This document shows, piece after piece, positions 43,438-47,898 of a stretch of DNA of 47,898 nt. This stretch comes from Candidatus Poseidoniaceae archaeon. Its GTDB lineage: Archaea; Thermoplasmatota; Poseidoniia; Poseidoniales; Poseidoniaceae. The stretch's first letter is position 1. Each line of letters opens with the position of its first letter. The notes beneath the pieces were generated by a model, which was not told the DNA's origin, searched no databases, and worked only from the letters and a program-made list of their open reading frames with translations. The position numbers and the translations under genes were made by a program. The stretch spans positions 1-47,898 of the forward strand of contig JAKMGM010000007.1 of the NCBI GenBank assembly GCA_022424925.1, in the 5' to 3' direction.

Positions 43438-45270
43438 TCAGTTTGCTTCACCGGTGACGGTTTTTAGGGCCGAAAACGCTTCTAACCACTCTTTTTGATG
43501 CGCATCAACATCATTTTGTTCACAATCAAACAAGGCTTTTCCAGCGTCCAAGAGGGTTTTTGTTGCAGAGAGCCACGCTCCACCTCGGTCTCGAGCATTG
43601 ATCTCGAAGTGCCATTCCTGCCCCGTTGACCGGTTTGCTGCGAGCAACCATGCCCATGCAGCGGCTGCAGAATCAATCGTCTCGTGTCGTTGAGTTGCGG
43701 TACGCTCTGCTTTCCCCGCTCCTTCGAGCAATCCTTGCAGAATGAGGTCGTGAACGGCTCCAGTAGCCCCTTGCACGCCACTGTTGCGTGTTGGGAACCG
43801 AGCCACTTTTTGCGCAGTTTCTCTTGCTGCATCCAGTCCTTTGAGGAAGGTGCCGAACGGTTGAGGCTTCTTGACTTGTTTTTTCCAAATCTCATCCGCT
43901 TCAACACCCGTGATCCCGAGCCCAGCCAATCCTTCCATGCCCCACTTTTCCCAAAGCGCACCGAGCACGTTACCACAACTTGTTCCCGTCATGACTTCGA
44001 GAGCAGGGGCTTTGCGTTCTGAAACGTCGCCTTTGGCTGTTATGCGTAACCCTTCTCCGTCCTCAGACCCCTCTCGCATTGAGGCAAAGAGCATGAGAGC
44101 AGCGAGGTGGCGCTCGTCATTGGAGCCAGAATGTGCTTGCAGAGCGTTCTCAATGGCATCCAGATTGTCTCCTGCAACCCACGCATCACCAACCACGAGC
44201 CCAGTGCCAATAGAATCGAGCACGGCTCTTTGAAGTGCCAAAGCGATGACGCCTTCGTTCATTGTGAGTCCTTGCCACGCATCGAGGATTTTGTCCATCC
44301 CTTCAAGTGCGGCGTCAGGCAGAGGTTCGTCCTCATTCCAGCCCTCAGGCGTCCAATTGGCATCGATGGTGAGGATTGACGGCAGGAACGGTGGAAGCAT
44401 TGACAAGGCCATGTGATGGATAAACGACGATTCCTTTTTCCCAGTTTTCGAGAGCACATCAAAACCGATGGCAAAAACGGGCCCGTGTTTGAGCGTGAAA
44501 CGCAGGTAACCATCACCGCTTGGTTTGAAATCCAAAACGGATTGAGGGTTGATGCCTTCAGTTGCCCACACAGTCTTCGATAGATCGCTTGATTTGGTGA
44601 AGGAGAAACGTGAGCGGTCAAGCACATCGTCAAGCCATTCATCCGGTGGACTTGGTTTCGGTCCGGTACAGACAAAACCACCCTTCCATGTGAAGAAGTA
44701 CATGCCTCGCTTTGCGTGGTCTTCCCATGGCAGCATTCGCAATGTTAGGTTCGAATAATTCTGCAAACCTGCCAAATAGCCCTGCTTACCGTCACCCCTT
44801 CGTATGAAGGAAGCCGTTCCAAAAGAATTGGATGTAAAACTCCCAACCAAGGATATCTCTTCATCATGTGCTGCGTGCAGTGAACCAGCAAATGCTTTTG
44901 CCACAGGGTCGCCGCGCTTCGACATCATACGTTTGCCAAGCCATGTGAGGTTGTCTTTCTTGCGAATAATGGTTTCAAGTTGTCTCATTGTTTTGGTAAC
45001 CGGATCGGTTCTTCCCCACCGTAACTTACCCTTCCATGTCATGGTCGGGAGGTGGGCTCTTGGATTCTCAAGCAAGTTTGCCAATTCCTTCTTGAGTTTA
45101 TTTGCAGTCGCTTCATTGGCGTGTTTAGTTCCACGCATACGCACTCTCTGCTTTTTTTGGCCGGGGAATTCAACTTTGGACGGTCCAGCCATTGATTCCC
45201 CTCGAGAGTATCCACGAACCTCTCTCGTTTGAGTCCTTCGCGCCTTCATATACTCTTGAATTGTTAACAT
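43438..45270 (-). CDS. Orphan 610-aa protein: basic N-terminus, Trp-rich beta-looking middle, Ala/Gly/Leu-rich helical C-terminal half
   Basis: It is a long ATG-initiated ORF with protein-like composition and no competing frame. It has no signal peptide or TM segment, and I recognise no catalytic motif. It is divergently arranged with the AAA+ gene across a 62-nt gap. Confidence 0.6.
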   Translation of the reverse strand: MLTIQEYMKARRTQTREVRGYSRGESMAGPSKVEFPGQKKQRVRMRGTKHANEATANKLKKELANLLENPRAHLPTMTWKGKLRWGRTDPVTKTMRQLETIIRKKDNLTWLGKRMMSKRGDPVAKAFAGSLHAAHDEEISLVGSFTSNSFGTASFIRRGDGKQGYLAGLQNYSNLTLRMLPWEDHAKRGMYFFTWKGGFVCTGPKPSPPDEWLDDVLDRSRFSFTKSSDLSKTVWATEGINPQSVLDFKPSGDGYLRFTLKHGPVFAIGFDVLSKTGKKESSFIHHMALSMLPPFLPSILTIDANWTPEGWNEDEPLPDAALEGMDKILDAWQGLTMNEGVIALALQRAVLDSIGTGLVVGDAWVAGDNLDAIENALQAHSGSNDERHLAALMLFASMREGSEDGEGLRITAKGDVSERKAPALEVMTGTSCGNVLGALWEKWGMEGLAGLGITGVEADEIWKKQVKKPQPFGTFLKGLDAARETAQKVARFPTRNSGVQGATGAVHDLILQGLLEGAGKAERTATQRHETIDSAAAAWAWLLAANRSTGQEWHFEINARDRGGAWLSATKTLLDAGKALFDCEQNDVDAHQKEWLEAFSALKTVTGEAN

Positions 45271-45332
45271 TGTGCGGCGGAAGTTACCCCATTGAGAACA
45301 CTTTGGGCCTTTCGTTTAACTGAGGATTAACT

Positions 45333-46790
45333 ATGTCAGACGATTACCACTACGATGAAGAATTTACGATGGAACCACACTACGAACAGGAACTTGAATC
45401 AACTGGTCCAGATTCTGCAAGCATGCTGGTCAATATCGAAACTCCAATGGGCCAAGTGACCGTTGATTTGAAGCAAATTGATGATGCTAAGAAAGCCGTC
45501 GCCGCTACACGAGCAAAGGATTCTCAACTTCCACTTAGCGACCAAATGATGAACGGTTTTATCGGTTCAAAACACAAGCGAGACTCACGGTATTGGAGCG
45601 GTAAACTCGGTATTTTGATGAAGATTCACTTCGATACATACCTTGGCGAGGAGTATGAAGTGGTTGAAGAGTTCATGGTCGACCACGGTAAAATCCGTGC
45701 AGCAATCCATGAAAGCGTAGAATTGCATGAAGGCAAGCGGCAACGGTTTTTGGTAGCAGGTACTCGTTTTTATCAATCCAAAAAGATTCCCGAACATCAC
45801 CTCGCCATCGTTTCAGGCGTTGACCATGATGGCGACCATCGACTTTCCGTTTACACTCCGTCGGATTCAACCGTCTACGTAAACGGCAAGAGCGCTGATG
45901 AACTCATCAGCAATGTGGAGAATGATTTTTATCAAAACGGTATACTGAAAAACGCCTTTTTCGACTTGAAATACAATTTCATTGCTCGCGACAAGCAGAT
46001 TGACGACTTGATTGCTTGGGACGAGAACATTAAGGAGACATTGTGGAGGGACATTATTGGTTTCCAAAAGGCCATGCCAAAGTTGCGCGAATCTGGCGTT
46101 CCAAACTCACGAGGCGTCATCCTTGCAGGGCCTCCTGGGACTGGAAAAACCATGATAGCCAAATGGCTCGCAGCCCATTCAGATATCACCTGCATTCTTA
46201 TTTCAGCCGAAATGATAACCGGTCGCAACGACATTAAGTCCTGCTTTGAAATGGCTCGGAAACTTTCCCCAACCCTGCTCATCATCGAAGATATCGATAC
46301 TGCAGGGGCTCTTGACCGTCGAGCCTCAGACCATCCATTACTTGGCGAGTTTTTGCAATCCATGGACGGCGTGGTTCCAAACCACGGCGTAATCACCCTT
46401 GCAACAACAAACCACTCAAACAAGATTGACCCTGCTATTGCAGACCGTCCAGGCCGATTTGACCGCATCATCGAAGTTGGCCTCCCAGGCAAGGAGCAAC
46501 GCTTCCACATCTTCCACCATTTGCTCAAGAAGCTCGATATATCCAGGAATGTTACCATTGAAGTCAAGGAAAAGTTAGCCAAGATGACTGAAGGTTTGAC
46601 TGGTGCATGGATTCGAGCAGTCGTTCAAGACAGCCTCATTCTTGCACTGAGCCAAGACAAAGCCAAGATTGGCAAAGAACAACTATTCGCTTCTCTGAAA
46701 GACGTCATGGAACGGCGAGGTATGGCCTATCGAGTCGCACCTTACGCTCCACCACAAGCCAAAGCCAAAGCAGATGTCTACGTCCAGTAA
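45333..46790 (+). CDS. AAA+ ATPase (classical clade, BCS1-like layout) with ~250-aa uncharacterised N-domain
   Basis: Walker A GVILAGPPGTGKTM, Walker B TLLIIEDID, sensor-1 LATTN and Arg fingers in DPAIADRPGRFDR are present. The preceding segment WDENIKETLWRDIIGFQKAMPKLRESGVPNSRG resembles the BCS1-type junction. Confidence 0.88.
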   Translation: MSDDYHYDEEFTMEPHYEQELESTGPDSASMLVNIETPMGQVTVDLKQIDDAKKAVAATRAKDSQLPLSDQMMNGFIGSKHKRDSRYWSGKLGILMKIHFDTYLGEEYEVVEEFMVDHGKIRAAIHESVELHEGKRQRFLVAGTRFYQSKKIPEHHLAIVSGVDHDGDHRLSVYTPSDSTVYVNGKSADELISNVENDFYQNGILKNAFFDLKYNFIARDKQIDDLIAWDENIKETLWRDIIGFQKAMPKLRESGVPNSRGVILAGPPGTGKTMIAKWLAAHSDITCILISAEMITGRNDIKSCFEMARKLSPTLLIIEDIDTAGALDRRASDHPLLGEFLQSMDGVVPNHGVITLATTNHSNKIDPAIADRPGRFDRIIEVGLPGKEQRFHIFHHLLKKLDISRNVTIEVKEKLAKMTEGLTGAWIRAVVQDSLILALSQDKAKIGKEQLFASLKDVMERRGMAYRVAPYAPPQAKAKADVYVQ

Positions 46791-46832
46791 TCCAACTGAT
46801 GGATTGATGATGCTCGCCGTTTTGGGACAACC

Positions 46833-47678
46833 ATGGTCGAGGTCATGGTGCTCGGTGTTGCCCAAGACGGCGGCCACCCCCAGCCGGGCTGTTTGAGGCC
46901 GTGCTGCGCCAATGTCGCCGACCAACATTACCCGGTCTCGTTGGGCGTTCGCAGTGACGAAGGTTCCAACCTTCTCATCGAAGCCACACGGCATTTGGGC
47001 GACCAATTCACCCTCTGGGGGCAAACCGAAGTCAACCATTTGCTGCTTACACACGCTCATTTTGGCCACATCGATGGCCTCGGTTTGTTTGGCAGAGAGA
47101 CACTGGCTTCTCGCGGCATCCAACTCCATGTTTCGGCATCGATGAAGCAGCTTGTGAATCAAACGCCACAATGGAACCTTATGGTTCAGCAAGGCGTATT
47201 TCAGGTTCAGACGTTTGCATCCGGCACCTCGGTTTTCAATGATGGTTCACTGTCCGTTGAAACCATTCAAGTTCCTCATCGAGACGAACTGTCAGATATG
47301 CATGCCTTCATTCTTCGTGGGCCGAATAAATCTCTCCTGTTCTTGCCCGATCATGACACGTGGGAAGAGACCTTATCGCTCCATGACGTTGCTTCGATAC
47401 GCGCATGGCTTTCCAAATTGGAAGTTGATTTCGCCCTACTCGATGGAACGTTTTGGTCTGCAGATGAACTCGGGGGGCGAGACCAGTCGAAGGTACCACA
47501 CCCACCGGTGCTTCAAACGCTGGACATGCTTGGAAACCGTGAACAGGGTGACCCCGAAGTGTACTTTACTCACCTCAACCACACCAATCCGCTGTACAAT
47601 TACGATGGTGAACAGATGGCACACGTTACTTCGCTTGGCTGGAAAGTAGCGTTCCAAGGTCAACGGTTCACGCTGTAA
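46833..47678 (+). CDS. MBL-fold hydrolase, PqqB-like
   Basis: The N-terminal VLGVAQDGGHPQPGCLRPCC resembles the PqqB start (LGsaaGGG.PQwnC.C..C). LLLTHAHFGHIDG is the MBL motif, with later HRDE and PDHD motifs. Confidence 0.7.
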   Translation: MVEVMVLGVAQDGGHPQPGCLRPCCANVADQHYPVSLGVRSDEGSNLLIEATRHLGDQFTLWGQTEVNHLLLTHAHFGHIDGLGLFGRETLASRGIQLHVSASMKQLVNQTPQWNLMVQQGVFQVQTFASGTSVFNDGSLSVETIQVPHRDELSDMHAFILRGPNKSLLFLPDHDTWEETLSLHDVASIRAWLSKLEVDFALLDGTFWSADELGGRDQSKVPHPPVLQTLDMLGNREQGDPEVYFTHLNHTNPLYNYDGEQMAHVTSLGWKVAFQGQRFTL

Positions 47679-47898
47679 TTTCAGTGACAGTGTAGTCGCT
47701 GAGAACGATAACTTCAACGATATACTCGACGTTTTCACCGTTGTCTTCATGCGTACAACCGGCAGCGCCACCGACCGTTGCATCCACTGAGATTTCAACA
47801 GAATATGCGCCAAGTCCAGCGCCGTCTGCATTGAGCCCCGCCTCTATGTCTGCCATAGAAACCCCGCTTACGTTTCCAATGAGCGATGCATCGTACCA
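47668..47898 (-). CDS. C-terminal fragment of an unidentified protein entering from the right edge
   Basis: The minus-strand frame is open from the window edge: WYDASLIGNVSGVSMADIEAGLNADGAGLGAYSVEISVDATVGG...TEITA*. Only 76 codons are visible, and I recognise no family. Confidence 0.3.
   Translation of the reverse strand, partial: WYDASLIGNVSGVSMADIEAGLNADGAGLGAYSVEISVDATVGGAAGCTHEDNGENVEYIVEVIVLSDYTVTEITA

Noticed and set aside
43438-45270. Possible ADP-ribosylglycohydrolase-like motifs in the 610-aa orphan (GLVVGDAWVAGD... and TGTSCGNVLGALWEKWG)
   Set aside because: The two Gly/Asp-rich segments are only ~80 aa apart, and the acidic metal-binding residues expected for that family are not evident. 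The resemblance is too weak to support a call.
45932-47192. 216-aa and 169-aa minus-strand ORFs opposite the AAA+ and PqqB-like genes
   Set aside because: They are antisense shadows. The plus-strand frames carry the Walker A/B and MBL motifs.
1-47898. Search for rRNA, tRNA, CRISPR repeats, transposase/integrase genes and terminal inverted repeats
   Set aside because: No cloverleaf-like conserved tRNA boxes, regularly spaced repeats, or DDE/tyrosine-recombinase-like ORFs were recognised by eye. A tRNAscan or Rfam run would be needed to exclude small RNAs, especially in 5440..5879 and 35876..36069.

Overview
The window is a densely coding (~90%) stretch of about 44 protein genes. I recognised no rRNA, tRNA, CRISPR array, transposase or integrase. 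All calls rest on motif recognition in the translated ORFs; no database search was possible.

The gene content points to a marine planktonic archaeon of the Thermoplasmatota (Marine Group II/III, Poseidoniales-like). This is inference from four things:
- ether-lipid genes: GGGP synthase at 21325..22134 and geranylgeranyl reductase at 39133..40530
- the archaeal ribosomal protein LX - prefoldin alpha - FtsY cluster at 27846..30155
- a proteorhodopsin-type rhodopsin at 18465..19355
- many bacterial-type genes (uvrA, rluA-family, moeA, ABC exporter, LysE, EamA)

Most of the window is housekeeping: purine synthesis (purSL, purQ), pyrF, type II glutamine synthetase, a Cys/Met PLP enzyme, AlaX and a site-2 protease.

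The stretches that housekeeping does not explain, in my order of interest:
1. A MamK/MreB-type actin gene followed by a 421-aa coiled-coil protein, just downstream of a giant membrane-anchored S8 protease (22137..27746).
2. A divergent cluster of an orphan 610-aa protein, a BCS1-like AAA+ ATPase with an orphan N-domain, and a PqqB-like MBL hydrolase (43438..47678).
3. An S15 (CocE/NonD, PepX-like) peptidase split by a single in-frame TAG (34329..34331).
4. A rhodopsin with Lys at the proton-donor position (DTK motif).
5. A NERD-domain protein sitting in a tightly packed gene string with lipid, HAD and SemiSWEET genes.
6. A NACHT/STAND-like NTPase truncated by the left edge, which is missing from the supplied ORF track.
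7. A 430-bp AT-rich gap containing phased direct repeats (5440..5879).

The ORF track treats GTG and TTG as Met starts, so several starts were moved to the first plausible ATG.
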